From Candidatus Bathyarchaeota archaeon (GTDB taxonomy: Archaea > Thermoproteota > Bathyarchaeia > TCS64), in the NCBI GenBank assembly GCA_963769425.1, contig CAVYLP010000006.1:256001-320000 (forward strand): a DNA stretch of 64,000 nucleotides, in the 5' to 3' direction. The translations under genes and the position numbers were made by a program. Numbering within the stretch: the first letter of the stretch is position 1; every line of letters starts with the position of its first letter. Shown here piece by piece: positions 29,238-39,730 of this stretch. The notes under the pieces were generated by a model. That model was given only the letters and a program-made list of their open reading frames with translations, was not told the DNA's origin and ran no database searches.

Positions 29238-30719
29238 ATGATTGAGATGTTCACCGAGTCGCTGTTGAGGGTCATGAAACCACTGCTTGAATCGAATGCA
29301 CTCGGTTTTCTGCGCGAGGCAGACATCGCGGGAAAGCAGAGGACCCTAATTGAGAGGAGAGCTAGGGAGTTCGCCTCGTGTAGGATCGGAAAAAAGCTTG
29401 GAATACACTCAGGTGTTGACTGGGGGAAGATGCCCCTAACCACCTACAGCTTCTACTACCCCTACTTCAAGAAGCCCAGTTCAGGCGATCTCTTGTACCC
29501 GCTTGAAAACTATGTTCGGGCACACACGAGCGGGACGATGGGGCGCCCGAAGAGCTTCCTCCTCCCGAAGACGGCCCTGCAGGATAATCTCCGGAAAACC
29601 GGTCTGACGTTCATGCTCCTCTGCACCCACGACGGGGAGCGGATACGCTTCGAGGTGGGGGACGTCATATACCGAAACGCCCCTGGAGGCACCTTCCTAT
29701 CCGGATTCATGCACCAAGAGGCGAACTCGATAGCCTCGAAATGGGTTAAGTCGGTACCCTCGGATGAGCTCTCCTTCAAAGACAAGGTGGAGTACTTCAT
29801 CCAGCACTACAAGGAGGTGGACGTTGCCTACATGAACGTCCCTACGCTCCTCGAGGAGGTTTACCCTCGGATCGGTGAGGAGCTGCATCTCAAGGGTTTC
29901 TACACCCAGGACAGGTCGGCGGCGATAATGAAGGAGAAGATCAGGAGGGTGACGGGGGGCTACCCGAAGGTCATCTATGGGTCGACGGAGACAATGTTCT
30001 CGGCTCTCCCCTCGATTGAGCACCCGGGCGGGTTCTTCTTCGACTGGAGGGTGATCTACCCGGAGTTCATCCCGGAGGAGAAGGCTATAGTTACAGACGC
30101 AGGGAGGATAGACGAGCCCCCAGAGATGGTCAAAATGACCGATGTCGAGGTCGGTCATCGGTACCAGCTTGTCGCGACGCCCCTGAGGAATGACCTCAAT
30201 AGGTACGTCATGCCGGACATAATGGTGTGCATTGATTCTGGAGATAGTGTACTCGGTTCCGAGGCGCCCATATTCACCTACTACGCCCGCTGCGACAAAT
30301 TAATAATGCTGCATAACTTCACCAGAATCGCTGAGGAGGAACTCGTACAGATCCTTAGGGATTCAGGAGTCCCCCTCGTTGACTTCACGGCGAGGAGGGA
30401 GATGGAGGGGACGCGGGACTACATGAAGATCTATATCGAACTGTCGAAGCCTATGGAGGAGAAAGCTGTGAAGAAACTCATAGATGAGCAGCTGGTAAGC
30501 TTCGACAAGGATTGGAGGGACTTGAAGAGTTACTTGAAGTATGACCCGTTGAAGGTCCAGATCATACCTAGGGGTTCGTTTAGTCGCTATCTCGACGCCC
30601 GCGGTGGGCTGCCGAAGGTTGAGAGAATCGAGATGCGTGACGAGAATCTCAACCTCTTACTTGAATCATCGCAGAAAAAGAGCCGTAGGAGGGTTAGACC
30701 AAGACCTTCTCCGTGTTGA
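29238..30719 (+). CDS. GH3-family acyl-acid amido synthetase-like protein
   Basis: MPLTTY, TSGTMGRPK (motif I), YGSTE (motif II), EFIP, GHRYQLVAT...RYVMPD (motif III), C-terminal PLKVQIIPRGSF...PKVERI. Confidence 0.82.
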   Translation: MIEMFTESLLRVMKPLLESNALGFLREADIAGKQRTLIERRAREFASCRIGKKLGIHSGVDWGKMPLTTYSFYYPYFKKPSSGDLLYPLENYVRAHTSGTMGRPKSFLLPKTALQDNLRKTGLTFMLLCTHDGERIRFEVGDVIYRNAPGGTFLSGFMHQEANSIASKWVKSVPSDELSFKDKVEYFIQHYKEVDVAYMNVPTLLEEVYPRIGEELHLKGFYTQDRSAAIMKEKIRRVTGGYPKVIYGSTETMFSALPSIEHPGGFFFDWRVIYPEFIPEEKAIVTDAGRIDEPPEMVKMTDVEVGHRYQLVATPLRNDLNRYVMPDIMVCIDSGDSVLGSEAPIFTYYARCDKLIMLHNFTRIAEEELVQILRDSGVPLVDFTARREMEGTRDYMKIYIELSKPMEEKAVKKLIDEQLVSFDKDWRDLKSYLKYDPLKVQIIPRGSFSRYLDARGGLPKVERIEMRDENLNLLLESSQKKSRRRVRPRPSPC

Positions 30720-31410
30720 AGACTTGGATGCCCCTCGTCGTGATTGTGTAGCTTCTAGGCTGTTCATCGAACTGCACGCCTCTCATTTTATCAATCCTAA
30801 TCGTCTTGATGAGGTTGTAGTCTCTCAGGTCTTTTGTTAGGAGGATTACGCCGTCGGCGAGGAACTGCTCCATGTAGAAGTCACCCTCCTGTGGGGCAGC
30901 CTCCGAAGTCACAATCGAGCTGCAGCCGAGTTTTCGTAGCGACTCGAAGAGTTCACCGATGACGTAGCGCTTCCGCCCGGATCTCGGTTCGTGGATGACG
31001 AGGCTAGTAAGAGGGTCGATGAAGACCCACTTTGCCTTCAGCGAATTGGCGGCATCGATTACGGTCTTGATTGTGAATAGCTCGGTGTCGCCCGTTTCAC
31101 GGTCCCGGGCGTTCACCATGTTTGCTCCCGGGATCATGAAGAGGTCGAGGGTCTTCAGCAGCCCCTTCTTCTCCCACTCGTCGAGGTTCCAGCCGAAGTT
31201 CAGCATGTTCTCCTTGATGTTGGTTAGGGGCTCCTCGAGGGTCGCGAATACACATGGTTCCCCGCGGCTGAGGGCCTGCATCATGCATTGGATTGTGAGG
31301 ATGGTCTTGCCTGCCCCAGGGCCACCGCATGCGAGGACCACCCTACCTTCCTGTAGGCCCCCACCGAGCATCTCGTCGAAGCCACTAATGCCGGTCGCTA
31401 GGAGTTTCAT
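30694..31410 (-). CDS. Single-domain KaiC/RAD55-family ATPase
   Basis: TGISGFDEMLGGG, Walker A GPGAGKT, LEE, Walker B FIDP, ADGVI and KMRG motifs. Confidence 0.92.
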   Translation of the reverse strand: MKLLATGISGFDEMLGGGLQEGRVVLACGGPGAGKTILTIQCMMQALSRGEPCVFATLEEPLTNIKENMLNFGWNLDEWEKKGLLKTLDLFMIPGANMVNARDRETGDTELFTIKTVIDAANSLKAKWVFIDPLTSLVIHEPRSGRKRYVIGELFESLRKLGCSSIVTSEAAPQEGDFYMEQFLADGVILLTKDLRDYNLIKTIRIDKMRGVQFDEQPRSYTITTRGIQVFNTEKVLV

Positions 31411-31511
31411 CAGCGCTCCTCCTTGATGATAAATAGGGAGATGTGGACTTAAGCTTATGATCCGATAAATTGAAAGTTAATTATTTTAGCTGATGAAGAA
31501 GGGGAGTAGGG

Positions 31512-31925
31512 TTACTCTTTTTTCTCTTCCACGGGTTTCTCGGCGGCGGTCTCGGTTGCCTTCTCCGTCTTCTTCTTGCCCTTGGGCTGGCCCGCTATTG
31601 AGAGGTTGATGAATTTGGAGTCCAGGCTTATTGTGTTGCCGCGGATTACCTTCCTCCTCCTCTCCCCCTCAGCCTTTGGATGGAAGCCGACGCCGCCACT
31701 CAGAATGATGTGAGACTTCGCCGTGCCGTGTATGTCGGGGCGCATAGGTATGCCGTCCTTGTCGGTTCCCCCGGTGATCTTGAGCTTGTATCCTGCCATG
31801 TTGGCGACGGAGCCGTCGACTACCTCGCCTATCTTCTTGCCGATGAGCGGTGACATCCTGGCGTCCTCTAACTCGACCTTCTGGCTCTTCCCTGTCGAAG
31901 GGTCGGACACGATCAGCAGTGGCAT
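31512..31925 (-). CDS. rps6e: 30S ribosomal protein S6e
   Basis: KITGGTDKDGIPMR and GERRRKVIRG motifs. Confidence 0.96.
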   Translation of the reverse strand: MPLLIVSDPSTGKSQKVELEDARMSPLIGKKIGEVVDGSVANMAGYKLKITGGTDKDGIPMRPDIHGTAKSHIILSGGVGFHPKAEGERRRKVIRGNTISLDSKFINLSIAGQPKGKKKTEKATETAAEKPVEEKKE

Positions 31926-31938
31926 TGTTCTTCTTCTC

Positions 31939-33717
31939 CTATACGGCCCAGAGTGGGTCCTTCTTTCTCTTTACTTCTATGAGTTCCGAGAGGGCCTTGT
32001 TGGCGTTCTCAGTCAGGCGCGTGGCGAACTTATGCCGCAACGCCCTGGCATCTTTCTCTGGAACGTCCACGTAAAGGACATCTCGCTCTTTTATATGTCT
32101 ACCGACGATGGGCGCGGGCATCGAGACGGCTACCTCCTTGCCCTCCTCAGCCTTGCTGACGGCCGCGCCCTGGTCCTGAATCTGGGTCAGGCGCCCCAGC
32201 CCCTCGTTCTCCCTGTTGACCATGATGGAGTTGGGGATGAGAACGCCTGCCTCGACTCGAACGCCGAAGATGGCTGGCTTCGCTCGGCGGAAGATGTAGC
32301 CTTCGAGTATCTGGATCTTAGCGGGCTGGACGAGGGTCTCGAACTCCTTGCGTGCCTTCGCCTCGCGCTCCCCCTCCATCCAGTTGACATAGTCCTCCAT
32401 CAGGTTGTAGATTATGTCGTTTTGGAAGATCTTGATGCGCTGCTCCTCGGCCTCGGCCGCGGCGTCGGGGGGGAGCTTCACATTGAAGGCGAGGATGGCG
32501 CCGTAGAGGGGCTCCTCGTATCGGACGGACGCGGACTCCATGACGTCCCGGTGGCTTATGTCGCCGATGTCGGCGAGGCGGATTGGGATGTCCCTCGCCC
32601 TTAGGCTCTCTACGAGCGCCTCCAGGCTACCGAGGGTGTCGGTCTTCACTATGATGCCCGTCTTATCCGTCTGGACCTTGACGCTCTCCATCTCCCTCCT
32701 GATGTCGGCGAAAGCCTGCTCCTGAGTCATGCCTTCTCCGACGACGATGAGGGGGGAACCTGGCAGCGCGTCCTCGATGTTGGGGGCTGATATCTTGATG
32801 CCGGCCGCGGCGGGGACCTCGGTGATTGTCGTGAACTTCTTCTTGGGGTCTCTGATCTCGTCGAGCGGCTGGGGCATGAGGAGGGCGCGAATCTTTGTGG
32901 CTATCGGCCCGTTCTTGCCGCCGATGACTATCGTGTCCTCTGCCTTGAGGACACCATCGTAGATTATGGCGTTAAGGGTGTGACCGAGACCGATCTCCTC
33001 GCGGACCTCGAGGACGGTGCCCTGTGCACGCCCCTCGGTGACTGTGAGCTTGTCCTGCATATACTGCTGAGTGAGGCCGATGAGGACCGCGAGCAGCTCG
33101 CCGACTCCCTCACCCGTCTTAGCACTTACGGGCACGATGGCGACGTTCCTCGTGAAGTCGCGTACCCTGTCGAAGCGCTCGGAGCTTATCCCCTCCCTGC
33201 TGAGGACTCCCATCATGTTGTAGAGCCTGTTGTCGAGGTCCTCCTGGACGAGCTGCTGCTGCTCGGCGTATGTCTGTAGGAAGGCGATACCCTCCTTGGG
33301 GCGCCAACCCTCTATACGGTCGATCTTGTTGGCCGCGATGATGAATGGCGTCTTGCGGCTCTTGAGTATGCGTAGGCTCTCGTATGTCTGGTTCTCGAAG
33401 CCGTGCATGACGTCGATGACTAGGATGGCAATGTCAGCGACGCTACCTCCACGGCGGCGCAGGTTTGCGAAGGCCTCGTGGCCGGGGGTGTCGACGACGA
33501 GTAGTCCGGGTATCTGGATGTTGACGTTGAAGCCCTTCACAAGCTTCTGGGTGATGGCGACGAGGGTCTCGAGTGGGAAGTAACTGGCGCCTATCTGCTG
33601 GGTCATGCCACCTGCCTCGCGAAGCTGGACGGCCGTTCCCCTTATCTTGTCAAGTAGGCTCGTCTTCCCAGTGTCGACGTGGCCGAGCATGCAGACTATG
33701 GGTTGGCGGATCGGCAT
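31939..33717 (-). CDS. infB: Translation initiation factor aIF5B (IF-2)
   Basis: RQPIVCMLGHVDTGKT, DTPGHEAF, NKID and DTLGSLEAL motifs. Confidence 0.97.
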   Translation of the reverse strand: MPIRQPIVCMLGHVDTGKTSLLDKIRGTAVQLREAGGMTQQIGASYFPLETLVAITQKLVKGFNVNIQIPGLLVVDTPGHEAFANLRRRGGSVADIAILVIDVMHGFENQTYESLRILKSRKTPFIIAANKIDRIEGWRPKEGIAFLQTYAEQQQLVQEDLDNRLYNMMGVLSREGISSERFDRVRDFTRNVAIVPVSAKTGEGVGELLAVLIGLTQQYMQDKLTVTEGRAQGTVLEVREEIGLGHTLNAIIYDGVLKAEDTIVIGGKNGPIATKIRALLMPQPLDEIRDPKKKFTTITEVPAAAGIKISAPNIEDALPGSPLIVVGEGMTQEQAFADIRREMESVKVQTDKTGIIVKTDTLGSLEALVESLRARDIPIRLADIGDISHRDVMESASVRYEEPLYGAILAFNVKLPPDAAAEAEEQRIKIFQNDIIYNLMEDYVNWMEGEREAKARKEFETLVQPAKIQILEGYIFRRAKPAIFGVRVEAGVLIPNSIMVNRENEGLGRLTQIQDQGAAVSKAEEGKEVAVSMPAPIVGRHIKERDVLYVDVPEKDARALRHKFATRLTENANKALSELIEVKRKKDPLWAV

Positions 33718-33784
33718 AACAAGCTCCCGTCTAATTTCGCCTGTGGCTTTGCCTATTAACCTATCTGAGTTTAAAAAATGTGGG

Positions 33785-35968
33785 CTACGCGACCTTCATC
33801 GGTGAGGGGGGCGGGGTCTTCCCGAACATCGCCGACTGGAGGCTCGTGGGCTTCACCTTCTCGAAGGCCGCCTCGAAGTGGCGTGAGTAGACCTTCAGCT
33901 CCTCCTTGTGTTTCTTCGCGTCATCAGGGTTCGGGTGGGCCGCGAGGTGGTCGTTTATCGCGGCTATGCTCGCCGCGCTGCAGACCGCCGCTAGCTCGGC
34001 GCCGGTGTACATCTCCGTCTCCTCCGCGAGCCTGTCCACGCTCACATCCTCCGCGAGGGGCATCCCTTTTGTATGTATTCGGAGAATGGCCTTCCGAGCC
34101 TCCATGTCGGGGGGCGGGATGAAGAGCATCCTGTCGAAACGCCCGGGGCGGAGGAGGGCGGGGTCAACCATGTCGGGGCGGTTCGTCGCTCCCAACACAG
34201 TCACGTCCTTCAACTCCTGCAGACCGTCGAGTTCGGTGAGTATCTGGCTCACCATCCTCTCGGTGACACCGGAGTCGCCGAGGCTGCTACCCCTACCTGG
34301 GGCCATTGCGTCTATCTCGTCGAAGAAGATTATGCAGGGGGCCGCGGTGCGTGCTTTCCTGAATATCTCTCTCACACCCTTCTCCGACTCGCCGACCCAC
34401 TTGCTGATGAGCTCGGGGCCCTTAACGCTGATGAAGTTGACGCCACTTTCGGTAGCGACTGCCTTCGCGATGAGGGTCTTGCCCGTGCCTGGTGGGCCAT
34501 AGAGGAGTATCCCCTTCGGGGGCGTCGCGGCTGCGTGCTCGAAGAGCTCCCTGTACATGAGAGGCCACTCCACAGCCTCCCGCAGCTCGTCCTTCGCTTC
34601 CTGTAGGCCGCCAACGTCATCCCAGTGGACGTTTGGGCTCTCGACGAGCACCTCGCGCAGGCTGCTAGGGTGGACCTCGTGCATGGCATCTTCGAAGTCC
34701 TGCATGGTCACGATTATCTTGTTTAGTAGCTCGGCGGGTATGCTCGCCAGGCTGAGGTCGATCTCGGGGAGTATGCGGCGGAGGCTGCTCATGGCTGCCT
34801 CCTTGCTGACTGCCTCTAGGTCGGCTCCGACGAAGCCGTGTGTCCTGTCCGCTATAGCGTCGAGCTTAACGTCCTTCGCGAGGGGCATACCGCGGGTGTG
34901 TATCTGCAATATCTGGAGTCGCCCGTTGCGGTCGGGGAGCCCGATCTCGATCTCCCTGTCGAACCTGCCGGGACGGCGCAGGGCTGGGTCTAGTGCATTC
35001 GGGCGGTTCGTGGCTCCGATGACGACGACCTTGCCCCTCCCTTCTAAGCCATCCATGATAGTTAACAGCTGGGAGACGACGCGCTTCTCCACCTCGCCGC
35101 TGACCTCCTCTCTCTTCGGGGCGATGCTGTCAATCTCGTCGATGAAGATGATGCTGGGGGCGTTCTCCTGTGCTTCCTTGAAGACCTCGCGAAGCCTCTC
35201 CTCTGACTCGCCGTAGAACTTGCTCATAATCTCGGGTCCGCCGATGCTGTAGAAGTTGGCTTGGGTCTCGTTGGCGACCGCTTTCGCGAGCAAGGTTTTA
35301 CCTGTGCCCGGTGGTCCGTGTAGGAGCACGCCCTTTGGAGCCTCGACACCGAGGCGCTCGAATATCTCCGGGTGCTTCAGCGGGAGTTCTATCATCTCCC
35401 TGACTTTAGATATCTCCCTGTTCAGGCCGCCTATGTCCTCGTAGCTGATCTTGGGGACGCTGCCTTGTGTCTTCGGGGCTTTGTCGGTAAATTCTATCTC
35501 GGTGTCGCCGTCGACCACAACGGCGTCCGCCTGCGGCTGCGCGGAGGTGACGATTAGGTCGACGCGTCTCCCCATGATGTTCAGGGGGATGATGCTGCCC
35601 TTCGAGACGACGCGTCCCTCTAGTAGCTGGGCTAGGTAGCCCTCGCCTCCCTCGATCCTCAGGGGCTCGGTTGGGTAAAGGGTGAGCTTCTCAGCCGATT
35701 TCGCCTCAACGCGACGAACGGTTACGCGGTCGTCCAGACTGACCCCCGCGTCGTTGCGTAGGTTGCCGTCTATCCTGATTATGCCCTTCCCGTAGTCGTT
35801 CATCTGGCCAGGCCAGATTAGGGCGTACGCCTTCTTCTTGCCAGTTATCTCTATGACCTCGCCGGCGCGCCAGTCGAACCTGTTGACGAGCTCGGGGTCT
35901 ACGACGGCTATGCCTCTGCCCGCGACGTTCTGCGGTGCCTCGGATACTCTAAGTGTGATGTTCTCCAT
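33785..35968 (-). CDS. cdc48: CDC48/VAT-family AAA+ ATPase
   Basis: N-domain plus two AAA modules (GPPGTGKT twice, DEID, RPGRFDR). Confidence 0.96.
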   Translation of the reverse strand: MENITLRVSEAPQNVAGRGIAVVDPELVNRFDWRAGEVIEITGKKKAYALIWPGQMNDYGKGIIRIDGNLRNDAGVSLDDRVTVRRVEAKSAEKLTLYPTEPLRIEGGEGYLAQLLEGRVVSKGSIIPLNIMGRRVDLIVTSAQPQADAVVVDGDTEIEFTDKAPKTQGSVPKISYEDIGGLNREISKVREMIELPLKHPEIFERLGVEAPKGVLLHGPPGTGKTLLAKAVANETQANFYSIGGPEIMSKFYGESEERLREVFKEAQENAPSIIFIDEIDSIAPKREEVSGEVEKRVVSQLLTIMDGLEGRGKVVVIGATNRPNALDPALRRPGRFDREIEIGLPDRNGRLQILQIHTRGMPLAKDVKLDAIADRTHGFVGADLEAVSKEAAMSSLRRILPEIDLSLASIPAELLNKIIVTMQDFEDAMHEVHPSSLREVLVESPNVHWDDVGGLQEAKDELREAVEWPLMYRELFEHAAATPPKGILLYGPPGTGKTLIAKAVATESGVNFISVKGPELISKWVGESEKGVREIFRKARTAAPCIIFFDEIDAMAPGRGSSLGDSGVTERMVSQILTELDGLQELKDVTVLGATNRPDMVDPALLRPGRFDRMLFIPPPDMEARKAILRIHTKGMPLAEDVSVDRLAEETEMYTGAELAAVCSAASIAAINDHLAAHPNPDDAKKHKEELKVYSRHFEAAFEKVKPTSLQSAMFGKTPPPSPMKVA

Positions 35969-36003
35969 ATTTATTCCTCCTCGAAAATCGTTAAAAAACA
36001 GGT

Positions 36004-36519
36004 CTACTTGACCTGAACGTTGACGCCCCTCGGGGACTCTGGGCCCTTCTTCTTGAAGATGACCTGTAGTATCCCGTTTGTGTAGCTGGCGTCGGCGGTG
36101 TCGGGGTCGACCTGTACACCGAGGGGTACCTCGGCGCTGTAGGGCTTCCCCGAGTTGTTGGCGGTTATTGTCACGTTCTCCTCGGTGGCGCTGACCTTGA
36201 TGCTCGACTTGTCCGCGCCGGGCATCTCGGCGACCACCTTCACGGTCCCCTCCTTCTCGTCGACTGAGACGTCTACGAGGGGCTCGCGGACGCCCAGCTG
36301 CAGGTGGCCTCCCCTCGGCTTGACGTTGCCGAACTCCTTCACGTGCGGCTTACCGTCTGGGCCGATGTTGACCTGGTATCCGTAGTACCACGTCCTCGCG
36401 TCGGGGTCTTTCTGCATCTCGTCCCACATCTTGCTCATGTTCTCGTCGATTCCCCAAAAGTCCCTGAGGATGTCGTCCCAGGGGGCTCCGAAGGGGCTTC
36501 TCCTGCTTCTCCACGTCAT
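36004..36519 (-). CDS. hsp20: Archaeal small heat-shock protein Hsp20
   Basis: [33 protein letters not shown] and ASYTNGIL motifs; start at MTWRSRR. Confidence 0.93.
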   Translation of the reverse strand: MTWRSRRSPFGAPWDDILRDFWGIDENMSKMWDEMQKDPDARTWYYGYQVNIGPDGKPHVKEFGNVKPRGGHLQLGVREPLVDVSVDEKEGTVKVVAEMPGADKSSIKVSATEENVTITANNSGKPYSAEVPLGVQVDPDTADASYTNGILQVIFKKKGPESPRGVNVQVK

Positions 36520-36650
36520 ATTTTTCACTGCCCAGGTGTATGTATGGCCCCCTAATAAATATTGTGGCATTTTGTCATATGTTTGACATAAGGTAATGTT
36601 TTAAAGGGGGTGTCATAAGGGTTAAATCGCCAACTACGTGTGACAGACAC

Positions 36651-37304
36651 ATGTCGGGGCACTCCAGCGTTCAGGACGTCGTGCGGGTGATCGTTACCCG
36701 CAACCCGTACCTCTACCGCGGGCTGAGGATGAGGGTTGTCAACTACAGCGCCCTCGCCCGCTACATCCAGGAAGAGGTGCAGAGCACCTTCGGCGACGAC
36801 GTCGACGCCAACACCATAGTCACCGCCATCATGAGGCTGAGCAACCAGCTCATGGAGCCGGAGGAGCCAAGGAGCCCACTTGCGGGGAGCATGATTAACC
36901 TCGTCACTGGCATATCGGAGGTGCTCATTAAGGCCCCACCGGTGAGGCATACAGAGATCGTTGAGCGGATCATGAAACTGGGCGTCTTCGACAGCTACAT
37001 GTTGAGCCTCCACCAGACTCAAGGGGGGATTAGGCTGTTCACAAACTCCCCTGACGCGGAGAGAGTCTCGGAAGAGTTGAGGAACGAGGGGGTCGAGGTT
37101 AGTGGCGGTTTCGCGGAGCTGCACCTCAGGATGCCCCCCTCCATGGACGGCGTCGAGGGCGTACTCACCATGATCATCGACGTCCTCTCCCAGAACGGGG
37201 TTCACGCGATTGACGCGAGCCTCTCAGGGGAGGATCTGAGCCTGATACTCAGGGAAGATGACGCGGGCAGGGCCTTCGAGTCACTGAGGGCACTGTCGAA
37301 GTAG
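36651..37304 (+). CDS. Archaeal HTH/ACT-domain regulatory protein
   Basis: GLRMRVVNYSALARYI N-terminus and a C-terminal ACT-like segment (LSQNGVHAI...LSLILRE). Confidence 0.75.
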   Translation: MSGHSSVQDVVRVIVTRNPYLYRGLRMRVVNYSALARYIQEEVQSTFGDDVDANTIVTAIMRLSNQLMEPEEPRSPLAGSMINLVTGISEVLIKAPPVRHTEIVERIMKLGVFDSYMLSLHQTQGGIRLFTNSPDAERVSEELRNEGVEVSGGFAELHLRMPPSMDGVEGVLTMIIDVLSQNGVHAIDASLSGEDLSLILREDDAGRAFESLRALSK

Positions 37305-37308
37305 TCGG

Positions 37309-38550
37309 TTAGGTCGCCTCGGGCTTCTGCTGGCGCCTCGATATGAATATTATTGCTATAATACCGATGGAGGAGACGACAGCGACGGTCTCGAACGTTG
37401 CTTGGAGTCCCCAGATTTGCGCGATCGCCCCGAGGATGAGGGGGCTCAGCACGTTGCTCACGTTCCCGAAGCTTGAGTAGACACCCATAGCAGCGCCCCG
37501 ATGCTCGGGCGACGCCTCCTGGGCTACGTAGACGTTCCCAGAGGTCAGGAAGACCCCGTAGACTATCCCGAGGAGGGCGAGGATTGAGATGAGGGCAGCG
37601 AGGGTGGTGGAGGCGGCGAGGACGAAGTAGAGGAGGGCGGAGAGGGCGAGACTCAGTGTCATGAGTCTAAGGGCGGTCCTCCCTCGTGACACTGCGCCGG
37701 CGGGGAACCTGATCGCGGTTGACACGAGTCCACGAACCGTGAAGCTGAGCCCGATATCCGAGGAGTTGAGGCCGACGAAGACACCGTAGAGGGGGTAGAA
37801 CGTCATGAGGGCCGAGTACATGAGTGTATTAACGAAGTTTGAGACGCCTGCGGCTAGGACGCGGGTGTCGCTGATCGCTTCCCGTAGGCTAATTCCGTGG
37901 GTCTCAAGCGCCCTCCTGGCTGGCTCCTTCCCGGAAAAGACAAGACAGATGAGGCCCACGAAACCGAGGAGGCTACTTATAGCGAAGGCAGCGTAGTAGC
38001 CCCAGCTAGTGGAGGCGAAGCCCCCGAGGATGGGGCCGAGGGTGAAGCCTGAGCCCATCGTCGTCATATAGAGCCCCTGCAGGAGTGAGCGCCTCTTCGC
38101 CGGGGCAGCCTCAGAGACCCAGATGAAGCCTATGCTGAACGTTGACCCTTGGGCGATGCCGAGTAGAAGGCGCGCGGCGAGGAGGTGTATTGGCGCCCGG
38201 GATATGGTGTAGATGAGTGGCACGGCGATGAATAGAACGTAGCCGAGGGCCATCACGCCGCGGCGCCCGATCCTGTCGGAAATGCTTCCTATCGGCACGC
38301 TGAGGAGGACCATGGCGACGCCGACGGCTGAGCCGTAAACTCCGATCATGGCGAGGTTGGCGCCGAGCCCTTCCGCGAAGGCGGGGAAGATTGGGATCAC
38401 GACGCTGTGGCTTGCGTCCGCGAAGAAGATGGCCACGCAGACGACGACGGCCCCCCAGAAGCTGCGCCTCTCCCCGGGGGACAGATCCGAGAGCATTCTC
38501 CTGAATGGTTGGGGATGGAGTTTAGAAGCCTTACCCCCGAGCCGAGACAT
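37309..38550 (-). CDS. MFS transporter
   Basis: GSISDRIGRR motif A; about 12 TM segments. Confidence 0.9.
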   Translation of the reverse strand: MSRLGGKASKLHPQPFRRMLSDLSPGERRSFWGAVVVCVAIFFADASHSVVIPIFPAFAEGLGANLAMIGVYGSAVGVAMVLLSVPIGSISDRIGRRGVMALGYVLFIAVPLIYTISRAPIHLLAARLLLGIAQGSTFSIGFIWVSEAAPAKRRSLLQGLYMTTMGSGFTLGPILGGFASTSWGYYAAFAISSLLGFVGLICLVFSGKEPARRALETHGISLREAISDTRVLAAGVSNFVNTLMYSALMTFYPLYGVFVGLNSSDIGLSFTVRGLVSTAIRFPAGAVSRGRTALRLMTLSLALSALLYFVLAASTTLAALISILALLGIVYGVFLTSGNVYVAQEASPEHRGAAMGVYSSFGNVSNVLSPLILGAIAQIWGLQATFETVAVVSSIGIIAIIFISRRQQKPEAT

Positions 38551-38769
38551 TCAAATCGATCGGGGAGTTTTCAAGTTAACTCACATTCTCAGAGCTCTGG
38601 TTAAGGATGTCGAGGACACTCAACGTCTTGCCATTGAATATGTTCGTCATTTCCTGGCATCAAACTTCTCAAGGTATGGTTCGACTAGACGGAAGCACCC
38701 ACGCGGTGGAGAAGTAACATACCAATAAAACGTGGATACCCGTAACTCGGTTTTTATCATGTCTGAGGG

Positions 38770-39669
38770 TCAGGTCGATCTCTGTAGGAAGGGTTCGAGC
38801 CCCGACTGACTCATAGCACCACCCGATGTGAACTCGACGATCCTTCCGAGGAGCGCCGACAAACCTAAAACGTAGAATGCCCCGCTGCTCCTCAGAAGCA
38901 GGGACGGCCCTTTCACCCCAACCACCTCCCCGGCCACCATAAGGTTATCCTCAACCCTGAGGTGGATGGGTCTCTGATTCATCGGCGGGATGTTGTAGTG
39001 AGAAGCTAATATCCAGGGATTTTCGGTAATACGCTGATCCTCGGAGGCTAGGGGATGCACCTTATCTCTTGTTGCTTCAAGCAGGGCCAGGGCCTGCTTC
39101 GTCTTATCTACGCCCCCAGGGACCGTGGTCTTGGCCTCGCCTCGGACAGACTCGGCCACTCCAAGCTGTGTGGAGATCATGTGCTCCAGCCTCCTGACCT
39201 CGGACCCGTTACCGGTGAGGACGCGGAGGGCAGCATCTGCCCCCTGCTCCACCCAGCGAGTTACGAACCTATCCTCACGCGTGACCCCAACTTTTAGTCT
39301 CGCGCCGAACACGGCGAGATAGACGAATGCCTTTGAGCTCATGCACGCTTCACGGACGGACTCCAACGCGGTGCAAGTATCACCCCTGCAGCGGAGGCAA
39401 GGCGTTGCTGTGTCCCTCGCCTGACAAGATGGACACTGTGAGTAACCGTGGGAGAGGGAGGACGTGGGGCAAGGCGTAAGTCTCCTCCACCCGTTCTCGG
39501 TGAGCTTGTGATAGCCGACGCATCGGCGCCCCGGTTGGACCTTAATGCTGAGCTCCGAGCCGCGTGTGAGGGGGAAGTTCATGTAGCCGTGGTCGTGTAG
39601 GAGGAGGTTGCAGGTGTAGAGCCCGTCGCGCTCCTTCCAATCGAGGGCGGAAACGAGGGAGGGACTCAT
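38770..39669 (-). CDS. DUF2797-family Cys-rich protein
   Basis: RCVG...CP...QCPSC...C..C clusters; VYLA...KVGVTR...RWVEQGA...G.VVGVKG pattern. Confidence 0.78.
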   Translation of the reverse strand: MSPSLVSALDWKERDGLYTCNLLLHDHGYMNFPLTRGSELSIKVQPGRRCVGYHKLTENGWRRLTPCPTSSLSHGYSQCPSCQARDTATPCLRCRGDTCTALESVREACMSSKAFVYLAVFGARLKVGVTREDRFVTRWVEQGADAALRVLTGNGSEVRRLEHMISTQLGVAESVRGEAKTTVPGGVDKTKQALALLEATRDKVHPLASEDQRITENPWILASHYNIPPMNQRPIHLRVEDNLMVAGEVVGVKGPSLLLRSSGAFYVLGLSALLGRIVEFTSGGAMSQSGLEPFLQRST

Positions 39670-39730
39670 GAGGATTGACTCAGCAAGCCTGCTAAAGTCT
39701 ATTACGATTGGATAATGCTCGACGAGAGCA

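Noticed and set aside
30694-31410. Circadian clock KaiC
   Set aside because: Single domain and no kaiA or kaiB; it belongs to the broad archaeal KaiC/RAD55 family.
10146-35639. Many long antisense or alternate-frame ORFs (e.g. 10146-10862, 11691-12365, 27079-27903, 31723-32604, 34557-35216)
   Set aside because: Shadows of GC3-rich real genes that they overlap.
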